A stretch of DNA of 64,000 nt from assembly GCA_964016885.1 (NCBI GenBank), contig OZ024745.1:76136001-76200000 (forward strand), written 5' to 3'. Every line of letters starts with the position of its first letter. Position 1 is the first letter of the stretch. Source of the DNA: Eledone cirrhosa (Eukaryota). The notes beneath the pieces were generated by a model. The model did no database searches. It had not been told where the DNA came from and worked only from the letters and a program-made list of their open reading frames with translations. A program made the position numbers and the translations under genes. Below are positions 1 through 13,750 of the stretch, in pieces.

Positions 1-532
1 TTGAAAGTCTCTAAAAGACTTGAAATATTCAACCAAGATATAAAAGTAACATGTTGGGATCAGGATGAACCTTATCTAAACATTTTTGATTTTAATGAAA
101 AATGGAGTTACTTTTTGTATTTTTGACAATACTAAAGATATTTAGTTTTCAGATAAGATGTCAAATAGCAGCTAATACTGTGATATATATATAGAAATTC
201 AGGTTTTTCAAAGTGGGGGGTCATTCATAAGGAAGCATTGTATAGCAGTAAAAGTGTCTCCCTGCATTATAGAAACTTTGCACCCTCCAGAAATTGTAAA
301 GTATGACTGCTAACTTACGGAGTCAGACTGCAATTGTGTCCTTACAGAAACTCAAGTAAATTTTAATAATTTGAAAACAGCACTTTATTCTTAGTTGAAA
401 AGCCACCTCTTGACCTTTTTAATTAGGATGAAAGTGTAGTTAACAATTGGAAAAACTAAAATCATGATTTCTTTCATGGATGGTCAGCTGAATGGAATTT
501 ATATGCTATTATGTGATTTGCTATCATCAAGG

Positions 533-725
533 GTGGTGGATTGGCAGTATCAGTAGAGCATTGGACACCATGCTTCGTGGAATATAGCTACAACCTTTTA
601 CATTCTGATTTCAAATCCTGCTGAGGTTAGCTTTGCCTTTCATCCTTATAGGATCAATAAAATGAAGTACCAGTAACAAACACACTGGAGTTGATTTAAT
701 CGACTTTCCCCTCCCTCAAAATTGT
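533..725 (+). mobile_element. tRNA-derived SINE, diverged copy
   Basis: A-box-like TGGCAGTATCAGTAG, B-box-like TTCAAATCC and the family core GAGGTTAGCTTTGCCTTTCATCCTTA...AAGTACCAGT, which recurs through the window. Confidence 0.75.
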
Positions 726-1365
726 TTTATTTTTTAAATTTTTATTTTAACTTATCTGCTCATGGGATATGCTGTACTAGAGGCTATATACTGAACTAAA
801 TATATTTATAATCATAATTGTATTATAAATTACTCCACAAGTGGCTAGAATAAATTAACTGCCTATAATTTGTATAATTAGTATTTATATACATTCACAT
901 GTATCTTGGCAGAAGATGAGAGCTCTGTAAACCGTAGGAAAGGCAAACCATCTAGAATAAATGAGATTTCACTGGATTGACATGGGCTCTGTAGTTCTTA
1001 ATGAAGGCAACCTCTAGGAGAGCCAGGACTGAATAAAAAATCTCTTAAGTCCTCTTTGACAAGAGTGCAGATAGCATGATAAAATGTACAGTCTAAAGTG
1101 TTTGGTGATAGGAAAAGCATCCAGTTTAGAAAAAACAAGCCCCCCTCCCCCCCATAAAATTTATCAAAAGCACAACATACAATATATATACTAATTGTTT
1201 ATCCAGGACTATTACTAATAATGCCAGTGCTGTGCACGGTAGTGGGGTAGTTAACCTAATCATGTAAGAACCCCTCAACCATCAAGTGATTGTATATCTA
1301 CTTTCCTTTTTGGGTGCAGAAAGCTACTACCAAATGACAATACAAGCACCACTTTCAGATAGCAT

Positions 1366-2705
1366 GCTTCAGGGCTGCTGCACATAATATTGGCACACTT
1401 AAAGGTAAATCTGGGTAATTTGTGGAGATCCTTGAATGGAGATAAGCAGATGTATACTATGTTCATGAGGTGAGATTGAGGAAAATCTGTCAGACTATTT
1501 ACAAGCAAACAGCATAGATATAAGCTCTTCTGGGTAGGAATCAATGATGGGGTGAGTAGAATAGGCATTTCACTAACCGAGAAATGAATAGGTAAAGTAA
1601 TTGGGTAAGTGGCATAATTATGAATCTCAAAATATTCATAGGCAATAGAATAACAACAATTATCTCTAGCTATGTATCACTTTCAGGACTAAGTAAAGAA
1701 CAAAATAACTGTTTTTATGTGGACTTCTTTCAGTCAATTTCAATAATATCAGACTGGTGACTTCAATGGACATGTTGGTCAGCACCAGGATAACTACTTT
1801 AGAGTGCATGGTGGCTATAGGTATGGTTTGAGAAATGAAGAGGGACCAAGGCTCCTAGAATTCTGCAAATGACCTAATCAGAAAACTGGTCAGCTACTTG
1901 ATCACTGATCAATCAGGTGAACATTCTCGCCATGTTAATTTCTTGCTCATTAGAAAATGGAATAGACAGATATTTATGAATGCCAAGTCCTTTCCAGAGA
2001 AGAATGCACCTTACAACATCAGTGAAATCAGATTTGTAGGAAAATCCTAGAGAAGCTAAAATACCTTTTTGTTAAAGCTAGATAACAATTTTACATAACA
2101 TGTTGAGAAGCTGAAAGCAAGAAGTCTTTCGTAACCTAGGTGACCATATTAGCAGTAGAGGAAGTTGCTCTGAAAGCAGAGCAACTAGAATAAGAAAAAG
2201 ATGGAATAAGTTCAATTGTCAACAATTTTGTTGACAAAATGTTTCTTTCCATGAAAATGCTGGTTGTATAATGTCTGTGTACAAAGTGCAATGTTGCATG
2301 AAATTGAACCAAATGCAATAAATATAGAGGATGTGTGGAATCTGGAGAGAAATGACGCAAGCATGGTTTTGCTGTATTTGTGATAACTACTGTGTATGAA
2401 TGGAGAAGCATGAATGAGCTGAGAGATAAAAAGGAATCAAATATAGCATACAAGAGTAATGACTATGCTAGTATGGCTCTGTGATGCATGTGGATGATGA
2501 TCATTGGATGAAGTAGTGCTAGGAGTTTCTCAGTTGAAGAACACTGCAGTAGCGGAAGACCAATGCAAATCTGGGTAGAGTTAGACGAGTGGATCTCAAA
2601 CCTGACAGAGGGGATGACGAAGGAACAAGTGGAGGATAGCTACCCTGGAAAAAACCCCCCAATCCAACCATGGTGAAAATGGATACAAAATGGATGATGA
2701 TATAC
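1366..2705 (+). mobile_element. Old, internally deleted RTE-clade LINE fossil (APE endonuclease remnant plus 3' end)
   Basis: Broken frames give NIGTLKGKSG, GDFNGHVG and VHGGYRYGLRNEEG (APE motifs). The region ends in an RTE-like terminus with GATGAT at ~2693. Boundaries approximate. Confidence 0.6.
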
Positions 2706-5699
2706 ATACATATATGATGATCACCATCACCACCATTTAAAATTCCATTTCCATGCTTGGAAAGGATGGTGGGTCTTTACAGACTAACTCAGTACTGAAA
2801 CAGTTCTACTGACTTCTCAGACAGGTCAGGATATATTCAAACTTAGACAACACCTACATGATCCCGCCTCTCCTGCCCTTGTTTGTGATCTGCATTAATT
2901 CAACTAACTTTGGTCTTCAATAATCTCCAACATCTCCCCAATCTATCTCCACCTCTTCCAACCTTGTTTGTACATTCACCAAATCCACTGACTTGACTTT
3001 GTGATTAACTTTAATCATGCATTGCTTCTTATTTTCATGGCCATTTTTATTTGATATAGTAGATTCTTCATATTTAAATATTTTCCTGAAATTTTCAATG
3101 TATTGTTCTAGTGTATTTGTTATTAGAAAATATTAAATCGATTGAGGCGTAACTTAAATAGTCATCTGGAATACTTCCAGAGTCAGAGATTTTCTCTTTT
3201 TTTCTTTTTACATATTAAGCATTAAAATTACTTTAGTTTGAGAAAACAGCATCCATTTTATCTTCAGGTTTAACTCACAAACCTAGTTTTTCCAGTACAC
3301 ATAGAATATCAAGAAGTAATTAAACAATATTTCTTTCCTTTGTTTACATTTAAGAAAAAGTCCAATGCAATTACAAATCCCTACAATTATATTTTTTATT
3401 TTATTTTTACTGTCACAATGTTTCTATTTGTCATTTAACTTATCTTTTATAAGTAGCTTTTTCTTTATTTCAATTTTAAATCACCTTTATCCTAATCATC
3501 TATTAGAATGGAAGCTAATTTGTTCTTCATATTCTTCATTTTCATTTATTAGTGTTACCTTAATACTTAGATCCAATTAATGACTAATTCAACATTTTTT
3601 CCACTGCTTAAAACTCTGATAATTAACACAGTAGGTGGGATGATGTAATGAATTACATGTGTTGGATTTAAAACAATTCACATCAAAATCCGTGCAAAGG
3701 TTCGTTCTCCTTTATACTCATAGAACTTTTTTTTCTTTATAACTCCTATTCCTATCTAATTGCTAAATTTAGCATACAAATTGATTTTCCTCTATCATTT
3801 TAATTATAATCTTTATCGGATTATTGAATATATATTAAATGAAAATGCTAATTAACAAACAAAACCAATGTATTTTAAATGGTAAAATAGAATTTAGCAG
3901 TAAAATTTCATTAGTAAGCATCATTATCATGATCATCATTTACCATTCACTTTTCCTGCCAGAAATGGTTGGACAGGTCTACATAAAAGCCCAGTGTTAT
4001 CAGCAGAGGTAACAGCTCTCTGAACTTCTTCCAGCCTATTCTTATCCTGCACTTTCAGAGCATCCTCTCCCACTGCTAATTTAATCACCTAGGTGACAAA
4101 TGCTGTCAACTGAAGGTATTCATTTCACATGTGCTCTTAGTTATTACTTCTCATGTGCATCTGCTGCATACAAAGTCTATCTTTTCTGTTAGGCTGCCTG
4201 CAATCTCACTACATTGCTTGTTCATCCATAAATTAAACTGTGTGCACCTTATGGAATTTCTGCTCACCCCTCTGTCATATTGAACAAGGCCACTTCTGTG
4301 ATAGTATTACCCTCCTGTACTCTTTTTTTATTTATTAAAACTTTCATATTTGCTAAGTTTAATTTTATTCACTCTAGGTTCTTCCATGCTTGATATTTTG
4401 TCTCTAAGTCTCTTATGGATTCAGCTGGTCACCAGCATATAGGAGCTCTGACGTAGTGCTAGTTTAAAATTCAATGGTAGCTCCTATATGCTAAATTTAA
4501 TAAATATATATATATATAATAAAATATTGTAGTTTGCTTGAAGCATTGTATATAATATATAATGTGGAAAGTGATGTATGACTAAACAATGCAAAATGGA
4601 TGGTAAGATGAAGGCAACAAAGAAGTTAGTTACCTGGTAATCTTTGTTTTTTTTTGTTGTTATTTCTTTCATCCTAATATTTCGGGACTTAAAATTACCT
4701 TTGTCAGAGTATAAGGAACACCACATACACAGACACAAATCCCAATGTTTTAATTTGATACTTTTTATGTTATGAACATGTACAGATGAATAGATGTATA
4801 TACACTATATACCAATGTTTATATATCTATAATCTAAAAAGTTAGCTAACAAAGGGGCCTTTTTGTAGTTACATGGCTTGTTAGAAATATAAGCCAAATC
4901 TCCCTCAAATTCCACCCTATCATCTCAGAAAATGATGTATTGGATCGTGGTCTTGGTTGTACTATTCCTTGAAAAAAGACCATATGGTCACAGATAAAAT
5001 GTCTTTGATCATAGTTCTGCTTGATTAGGATTGATCTGGAGCTAAACAACACCTCCAACAAAATTGATGTGGTGTCTTGATTAGTAATGGTCAGTGCATT
5101 AGTATAATTTACTTTATCTTTGCTTCATATACTTATTCTCTCAGCCTCACTCTTATATACTTCTACATTTTCAGTCTTCTACATTATCTTATACCTTATC
5201 CTTTCAGAAATTTAGTGCTCATTCTAGTTAATAGCTTTATCCAGAACTAGAGGAAATGATAGAATGATAGTGTGTGGAACCTGCATCTCTAGACTCACTT
5301 GCAGCTCTTTAGCCCATTCCAAGTGGCTATTAAGCACTGTAAATTTTTTATTTTATCAAATCTGCATCCTTATATTAAGATAAACACCATGACTTATGAC
5401 CCAAACATTGAAGCAATTTCTGAAAAGATTCAAAGACGAAAATCGAATTGAATAAGAAAAAAGTTAGCTAAATTCATGTTTTCTTGTCTGTATTTTTGTT
5501 TATAATAAATTATGTAGCTCTGATAGCCTTAATTGCTTTAGCTAAATATGGCTCTTCAGGTTGAATAGCCTCCCTCTGAAGTAGGTGCACTTCCCATATC
5601 ACCATTTCTTTTTGCTGTTTATTTTTCGTTTTAGATATTTCCTCATTTTGATTGAGAGAATTTTAATTGGTCACTATTTACGTATGGTTTTATAATGGC

Positions 5700-7110
5700 T
5701 ATGTACTTTGCTTATAGCTGAGGAATTTTGTCCCTACAAATGATTTCAAGGATATGCTACAGACATCAAATCTGGAAAGCTTCCAAATTTCTGATTTGCT
5801 TCCCATTCATGCTTTGCACCCATACATGAGGGTTGAGATACAGACAGCTTGGTAAATAGTGACATTTGTATACAAACAAAGATCACACTTCAAGAAGATA
5901 TGGTGGCACAGACACCTGAATGTAGAAGTGGCTTGTTTGATTCTGTTATCAAGCTCCTCAGTCAATGTTGTGTCTCTAGAGATGATGCTGCCAAGACACC
6001 CCCAAAAATAGTTATATCCTAAGATATGATTGTTATAGAAATGTTGGTAAGGGAAGGATTATTATTATGTCTGAAAGAAGATTGCAGTGTAAGGGTCCCT
6101 TGAGTGTTCAACTCAAGATTCATCCACCAATAAATCACATGCAAGGACACAGTGGTTCTTTGCAGACTGTCTGAACGAAGCGATACACCAGCAGTATTGT
6201 CTGCTTACTGGAACTCATAAATGATCTTAGTCAAAATGTTAGAGAGGGCAGATAGTCTACAAAGATATCTCATGTGTAATTCATAATTCATATCTACATT
6301 GTATTCTGAGAGAAGTAGCACAGCAAAAGATATAAGTTGAAAAGAATGTGAACTAGAATATACCTCTGTCTAACATCTACACCAACCTCAAAGGGCAAAG
6401 ACAATTGCCCCCAACCCCTACAAACCTTAGCTATCATTTCATCATGAAAGAGCCATAATATGTGAAGAAAGCATGGTGGATACCTGAACTTCTTGAATAC
6501 ATTCCATAGTAGGTCATAACTGACCATGTCAAAAGCATTATACAGATCAAAGAAGACAAAGCAAATCTCCTTTTGGCGCTCTCTAGCTGTTCAAATACAA
6601 AAATGTGCCATACTGAGACCAGAAGCTGATTCAAAACTCAGGGAGCACTCTTGGAGCTATTCTGAGGAGGAGGCATGTGAATGTGGATTTTTCCTGTGAC
6701 ATCCAAAATAGATATGGCACAGCTGTTGTTGCAATCGGAACAATCCCTTTTCTTTTGTAAATGATTATTACGTTGGCATGTTTCCAGGAACTGTATTTTG
6801 CCAACTTTCCAACAAAGTGAGAAGAAATTATATAGTTTCTCCAGTTAGTTTTCTGCTTAGAAGTTGGAACATTGAGTTGGTAATAAAAAGTTAGTTTTCT
6901 GCCCAAAAGGCAAAAAAGGCAAGAAGCTGGAGCCCATTTGAATTCATGTTGACTATACCATGGTTCTCAATTACGTGGTTCCAGACTGTCAAATTCCTTC
7001 CCACGCACGCATTAAAGTTATCCAGAAGAGCCGACTTATCTGATGAATGGGTAATACTCATTTGATCCAGAACAATATAGCACCCTTTTATTTTCCCTTG
7101 AGAATTCAAA
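5700..7110 (-). mobile_element. Degenerate RTE-clade LINE fossil (endonuclease and RT fragments)
   Basis: Minus-strand ORF pieces LLDNFNACVGRN (GDFNARVG-like), WKHANVIIIYKRKG (RT N-terminal region) and FEVGVDVRQRYILVHILFNLY (GVRQG-like). Many stops and frameshifts; boundaries approximate. Confidence 0.65.
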
Positions 7111-7608
7111 GTGAGCACACCACTAAAAATCTATAGAATGGAAAAGGGTTGCTTTCAACACATAATAAAATATTTCTTCTTAACTCTCAACAAATAATAT
7201 TAATTTATTTTATTTCAATGAGATTGTGTAGCTTGTAGCAGTTTCCAGTAACAAATTCTATATCAAGGTAGAAAGTATTTTAAATATGCTAAATTCGATT
7301 CAAGTATGTATGTACTTTATGACGGTAACTCTATAGAATATTGATTTGTGCAAGTTAGTGAGTTCAAATGCTATATGAGCGAGATAAACAAAACAACGTG
7401 CAGTCTAGCAGTTAAATGAATGCCAGTGATATATGCCATATTAAAGTATAACAAAGTATGGGTTGACATTAGAAAGGGTATTCAGCCATAGAAATATTCC
7501 ATCAAGAAGTCTTGTTCAACTCATGTCAGCATGGGAAATCACACAGATAAAATAAATGATGGTGATTGTGCGGATGATAATGATGGATAATGCTGCTGCT
7601 GATGATCT

Positions 7609-9316
7609 TCATCATCATCATCGTTTAATGTCCCTGTTCCACGCTTGCATGGGTTTGGACGGGGGTTTTCCCACTTGAGGCAAGAGTGGTTGTCTTGCTC
7701 GCATAGGACTGTCTGGCGGGTTTTCTACAGTTGGATGCCCTTCCTAACACCAACCACATTTACAGTGTGGGGCTGGGAGGTTTTTACCGTGTTGCCTACA
7801 CGGCCACATTACAGCGTGGACTGTTTTTTGTCGTGACACCTACACGATCTCATTTGTTTCGGCCTGGATATTGTGGCACCAACATAACTTTACATTGAAG
7901 GGGGCGGTGTGGATGGGGTGGGGGTGGTGGGACGGGGGGGGGGGTGTTTTTTGTTAGAAATGCCTACTGACTGTAGTAGGTTTTACTTTGTATTTAGGTA
8001 AGGCGGGTCTTCTCTGTTACTGAGTACCGCCAAAGGTCTCGGTCCAGTGACATTGTCTTGGAGAGGTGTAAGTGTGTGAGGTCGGAATTTATCAGCTCGT
8101 CCCAGGTTTTCCTGGGTCTGCCTACTCCGTGGCTACCATCTATCTTTATTGCCCTGCACTTTGTTATACAGCTGTCGTCTTTCATGCGCATCACGTGACC
8201 ATACCAACGTAGCCTTCTCTCGAGTAAACAACATCTGATCCCTCTTATTTCTAATTTTTTCCTTAGTTCGTTTATGCTTTGCCGTTCACGTATATTACTG
8301 TTACACATCCAGCGGAGCATGCAAGCTTTGTACCTCTCTAGTCTGCGTATATCCTCTGCACACAATGCCCAGGTCTCACTGCCATGCAACATTGCTGTTC
8401 GTATGCACGCATCATACAACCTGCCTTTCATTGGTATAAGCTCTCTGAACTTTTTCCATCCAGTTCTGACTCTAGCTACTGTACTTTCAGAGCACCCTCC
8501 CCCACTGCTGATTTTGTCACTCAGGTAACGGAAGCTGTCCACTATTTCTATAGAACCCTCTGTGCAATTAAAAGAGTTAGTATTTTGTGGGCACTTGCTG
8601 CTACTTATTGCACCAGAGCACCGGCCACATGTAAAATCTGTGTTCTTAGTTAGCTTACCTGTGATCCCACTACATCTTTTATGCACCCATACTTTGCATT
8701 TGGGACATAAAATGGAGTTTCTACCTCCGCCTTTCCTACACACTGAGCATGGCCATTTCCCGGAGGGGACCGGCGCCTTATTTTCTTTCCTACAAACTAG
8801 AACTTTAGTCTTAGCCAGGTTAATTTTAAGGCCTTTTGATTCTAGGCCGTGCTTCCATGTTTGGAATTTCTTCTCTAGCTCGGCTATTGATTCAGCTATG
8901 AGCGTTAGATCATCTGCGTATAGGAGTTCCCATGGGCAGCCGGTCTTGAACTCCTCTGTTATAGCCTGAAGGGCAATAATAAATAGTAGGGGGCTAAGAA
9001 CAGAGCCCTGATGGACAACAACTTTTACGCTAAACTCTTCACTATATTCGTTGTTAATTCTAACCTTGCTGACTGTTTCTTTATACATGGCTTGTATGGC
9101 TCTCACAAGCCATTCGTCAACACCTAGTTTTCTAAGAGCCCACCAGATAATGGAACGGGGGACTCTGTCGAAGGCTTTCTCCATGTTGACAAAAGCTAAG
9201 TATAGGGGTTTACTTTTAGCTAGGTACTTCTCCTGTAGTTGTCGTACAATGAAAAGAGCGTATGTGGTACTTTTGCCTGACACAAACCCGAACTGCATTT
9301 CATCTAGATCAATTCT
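7609..9316 (-). mobile_element. RTE LINE, subfamily A, copy 1 (5'-truncated): RT with PHD-like insert, long 3' UTR, (GAT)n tail
   Basis: ORF 7994-9328 has QFGF, LAFVNMEKAFDRV, HQGSVLSP and LYADD motifs. It carries an in-frame 10-aa deletion (LLAAKGFSLK) relative to copies 2 and 3. (ATC)n tail at ~7609-7622. Confidence 0.93.
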
Positions 9317-9440
9317 TCTTATAGTCATTTATTCAAAACATGCTACATGTATGTCAGGAAAAACCATCCTCAAAGCATATTATTTTAATTGTTTCAATCA
9401 CTGAAATAAGGCTGAAAGATTAGCATTAGATATGACTTAA

Positions 9441-9661
9441 CCTCTTAGCATTTAAACTGGCCGTATCTGGCTAGAATTCTCTCACCTCTTTGTGTTCAAA
9501 CCAGCCATAACTAGCCACTCATACTGATGTTAAGGTATTATTCTCAAAATAAATTATATCAAAATCTCGTAGATTCAATATTATCTGACATAATTATGAG
9601 TGCTAAAGCCTTTACTGTGAAAATACAATAGTAAATATAGAGTAATGTAGATGCTAAAGGG
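9441..9661 (-). mobile_element. TTAA-flanked piggyBac-type MITE (~220 bp)
   Basis: TTAA|CCTCTTAGCATT ... ATGCTAAAGGG|TTGA terminal inverted repeats. It is the reverse-complement homologue of the copies at 22884 and 23471. Confidence 0.7.
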
Positions 9662-10999
9662 TTGATGCAGTAAATATTGTCAGTAATGATCATACAAAAT
9701 ATTTGTTTCATCAATTTATATAAATTTGTCAGAATCCAACTAATCCTGCTAAAAAAAAAACAATTATTCTTTCTCCTTTTAAAATATGTAATAGTGTTCT
9801 TGTATGATCATATAAGTTAGTGTTTAATTGTCAAAAGAAACAAAAAATTTCACTTATTAATTCTTAACATCCTGTAATGATATAGCAGGAAAATATCTAA
9901 AAATGGGTTTGCTAACTCAAATGTTTATAGTATCTTTACTAGTGGGTAAATCATTGTGAAAATTTGCAGTAAACTAAAGTTATGTGATGCAGTCTCAGTT
10001 GCTGTTTTGTACTTATCAAAAATGTCTTGCTAATGATGTTTCATGTAATAGAGGATGTTATGAGTTTAGAAAGTCTTTGCTTTCTATTACAGATTTTCCC
10101 CAGCTACTTTTGTCTTTAATTGACTTTTAAGACAGTTACAAATAGTTTGTAATTAACTCAACATATAGCTAGAATCTGGAGTGTTGCTAATTGAACTTCA
10201 TTAGAGCAAGATTTTGTCTGATTGCATAATACCTGATTTTATGTGATACTCTCATCCAAGAAGATAAGGTATGCTGGCACATATACCAAATTTTATAGAT
10301 GTTAAGTGAAAAAAGACACTTCTCTCTCTTTTATTGAGATTTTTTGTATTTATTTTTAGCAAATGTAAAGTTATAATTTCAAAACAAATTACAGCCATTG
10401 ATACAGCCTCTAGACAAAAAACATAATTTTATACCACAGTCAATGTAAAGATTCCACTCATAATAGATGGAAATTAATTATTGAGAAAGATATTCAGCTG
10501 TAGAAACTATTCCTTTAGTTATGTTATGTCTATGTTTGGTAGAAGAACTCTTCTAAACTATTAAGGAACTAGTGGGACCTGTGGAAAATTCATGGCATGA
10601 AAATGAATTAAGAAGAGCTATTTAAGAAAGAAAGGATTATTTGCATTTTTATTGCATATAAATCTTATTGTTGCCTGTGCAACAAATGATAAAAAAATAT
10701 ACAATAACAATCTATACAATACTTAATATACACATTCGTTAGTATTTAAATCTGTTGAAGATCAATATATAATTGCATATTCCTTATTATACAATATTTT
10801 ATCAGAATTACTTTACATTATATACAATTAATTTACACAAAACGATACAGAGAATATACACAATGTTTATATTTACATGGTTAGTTTCAATGCCATTGCA
10901 ACTTGCAACTCTTTAACTAGGCTCAGATATATCTTTGTTTTTTGTCAGTTTTATTACCTTACCACCCTTGCTTATCAGTGTTCATTGCATTAATTATTA

Positions 11000-11500
11000 T
11001 ATCTGGCTGTCTTCATGCTCTTGGAAAAGTGACATATAATTGCCCATGGCTAAATACTGGCTCAGGAAGAAACAGACCCACCTTATCATATGTTTGACCC
11101 TGTTGATTGTCATAGCATCTGGCAGTCTTACTGGAAACTGGGTTCTTTCCAAAGTATAAGAGATGTTGGGATCACTGGGGGCTAACTTCAGTCTTGGGAT
11201 CAAAACATGCCTGCCGAACAAAAGGACCATTGATATGAGAAGCTTTGATGGAATGTTGAAGCATCCCACAACATCCCTGTTGTCTACTCAATGTCGTCCA
11301 ATTTTCACTGTCATTCTTGTCTTGCACCTCCTGTACTCTGGATACCCATTTAGGTTCAATGTTTCCTCTCTGTTGGTTTTTGGATAGTACTTTTGGCAAA
11401 ATCCATTTTGCATACATAGGGAAGAAGGATTTTCAGAAACACATAACCCATGGATCATAAACTTTTTAACCTGTTCATGTAGTACCAGAACACCTTCCAA
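11000..11500 (-). mobile_element. Helitron remnant: Rep fragment joined to the C-terminal part of a PIF1-like helicase
   Basis: MIHGLC..NPSSLCMQNGFCQKYYPK..NGYPEYRR resembles Helitron Rep (HGPCG..NP..PCM..C.K.YPK..DGYP.YRR). VLIPRLKLAPSDP..TQFPVRLPDAMTINRV resembles the helicase RRQFP.RLAFAMTINK motif. Confidence 0.75.
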
Positions 11501-11749
11501 TGAAGGACGATGCGGTATGGTTCTTTTTTGTTCTCTTTACCATATTGCAGTTATAATTTCTGTGGTCTTATTCATGCCAGTCACCAATCTGGTACTTTGT
11601 AAAACCCACGATGATGAGGCTTTTTTAGAGGTGGCCTTTACTTGCCTCATCATAGCTACTTCACTGGGTTGTGACAGTTTTCTTAGGAGCTACATCTCTT
11701 TCTTTTTCTCTCCACATCTCTGTCACTACACTTCCCTCCTTCTCTTGTA

Positions 11750-11966
11750 ATATTGGTTTCTGATTTAGGCACAAGGACAATGATTTTTTGGGGAGGGGAT
11801 TAAATCAACCCCCAGTACATTACTAGTACTTTATTTTATCGACCCAGTAAGGATGAAAGGCAAAGCTAACCTCGGCAGGATTTGAACTTGGATTGTAAAG
11901 GGGCGTAACCCTATGTCATAAAACATGTTGTCCGACGCTCTACCGATATTGCCAATCCACTGCCCT
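11750..11966 (-). mobile_element. tRNA-derived SINE
   Basis: Reverse complement of the SINE core (GGATGAAAGGCAAAGCTAACCTCGGCAGGATTTGAAC) with the head TGCCAATCCAC. Confidence 0.8.
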
Positions 11967-12536
11967 TCTTTCTCTTATAATATTGACACTGTTATAAAAG
12001 CCAACAGTGACATTTGTTTGTGCCCCACCATAAACAATGTTCTGTAGTGTAATAGTGCAACAAAGATACAGTGTTCCCCTGACATTCACAGTCCCAACAT
12101 TTGTGGTCCTGGTTATTTGCAGAATTTTCCTTAGAACGTAACTAATGATTGTTCGTGGAAACCTCCTCATATTTGCAGAGTCGTAAATATCTTCCGTGAT
12201 TTTTTAATGAGTTTTTCGTGGCAATACATATTTTTTTAACACTAAATTATTAATAACAATATACCGAATTTGCCGGCCTATTGGATGCTCCTTTGCATAT
12301 GACATTTCCTCTTTTTTTAATTATGTTTTACATTATATTTTGACGTTTATAGGAATTTTTATGGATCACGCTCAATATTTGCAGTTTAACACTCTTTGTA
12401 GGTGCTAACCCCCATGAATACCGGGGGACAACTGTACTAAATATTTCTTTCTATGGTTTACATCAAAGCTGGTTTAATGAATATATATCTTTCTAAATTC
12501 TTATTTTCTTTTTCTTTTTTTGTTTTTGTTTTCTAG

Positions 12537-12627
12537 ATTCATGATGGTTCTTATCTGCCTTATATTTAGTGTATTGTCTACAATTGAACAATATGCAGAA
12601 TTTGCAAATGAAACCTTATTTTGGATG
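12537..12627 (+). CDS. KCNQ1: KCNQ1/Kv7.1-like voltage-gated K+ channel, internal exon encoding S1 and the S1-S2 loop (equivalent to human exon 2)
   Basis: Polypyrimidine tract and AG (12535-12536) precede it, GT donor at 12628. After 1 nt it reads [30 protein letters not shown], versus human KCNQ1 [30 protein letters not shown] (recalled). Length 91 nt. Not in the ORF track. Confidence 0.93.
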
Positions 12628-13694
12628 GTAAATATATTTATCTTTTATTGTCACAGTGAAACTATAAAATGAATCTAATTTGTATATTTTTTAATTTTAA
12701 TTCCATCAAATTATTATATATGTTTTTTTTAAATGAAGATTTGCATTATATATTATTTCTATTTATTTTTCAAGTTCTATAGAATATAATTTAGCTGCAT
12801 TTTATACAGATTGAATTTTCAAACAAATTTGCTATAATAGTTTTTCATCTTTCTCACAAATCCAATTAATTAGTGTTTAGAAAATTTTCTAATTCACCAG
12901 CCTCATCATTATCTCACTAAGATGGTTGTGTTGATCTGTTATTTTATTTTCGCCATTTTAACCTCTAACTGAAAACAAATCTTGGAGTGCGACTGTATCT
13001 ATTTGGAAATCCCAAGTCATGAAGTTTATTTTTAACCATAATTAATTGAAATACAAGTACATTGTTTCATGATAGCTATGTTAGGTTATGGGTCTCACTC
13101 TTTCTCTTTCAAACGGACATAAAAAGCGTTCATAAAGTTATTTTAACATCAATTTTTTTTTTTAATGGAATTTGTTCAATGGTTAATCTTCTATTTGTTC
13201 CATATATTCCATTTCTTTTTAAAAAAGGTTAATTAGACCCCCTAGAAATTTGGAAAGATATTTGTTACTCTATTATTTCATGAATATTCTTTTTAGAAAT
13301 TAAGTAATCTGTATTTTGCTTTTGGTTCCTTTACTATTGATGTGATATATAAGATTATTACACTTTATGCTAAAGTAAAGATAATACATTTTGAAACTGG
13401 TTTGTTTAACACCACACTATTATGTATGTAAAATATAAAATAGCAATTGATTTCATTCTAAGGCTATGAAAGAAAGTGTGTTGCATTATATTTGAAATGA
13501 AGGTATTAGGAAGGACATACACTCAGGCTAAAAGTGATGAAATCTTTTTAACACAACAAAACATATATAAACTGGAAGAGAAACAAAATATTCAGTTTAA
13601 AACATTTATTATGAATATAGTTTTTTGTTTGTATAACTTTAGTTATATAGTAAATTACAAAGTTCTATGTCTGGAAATAACTCTTAGCTGCATT

Positions 13695-13750
<56 letters not shown>

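Noticed and set aside
8274-9404. Antisense ORFs over the RTE, CR1 and Penelope elements
   Set aside because: Shadow frames of the retroelement RT ORFs with no independent motifs.
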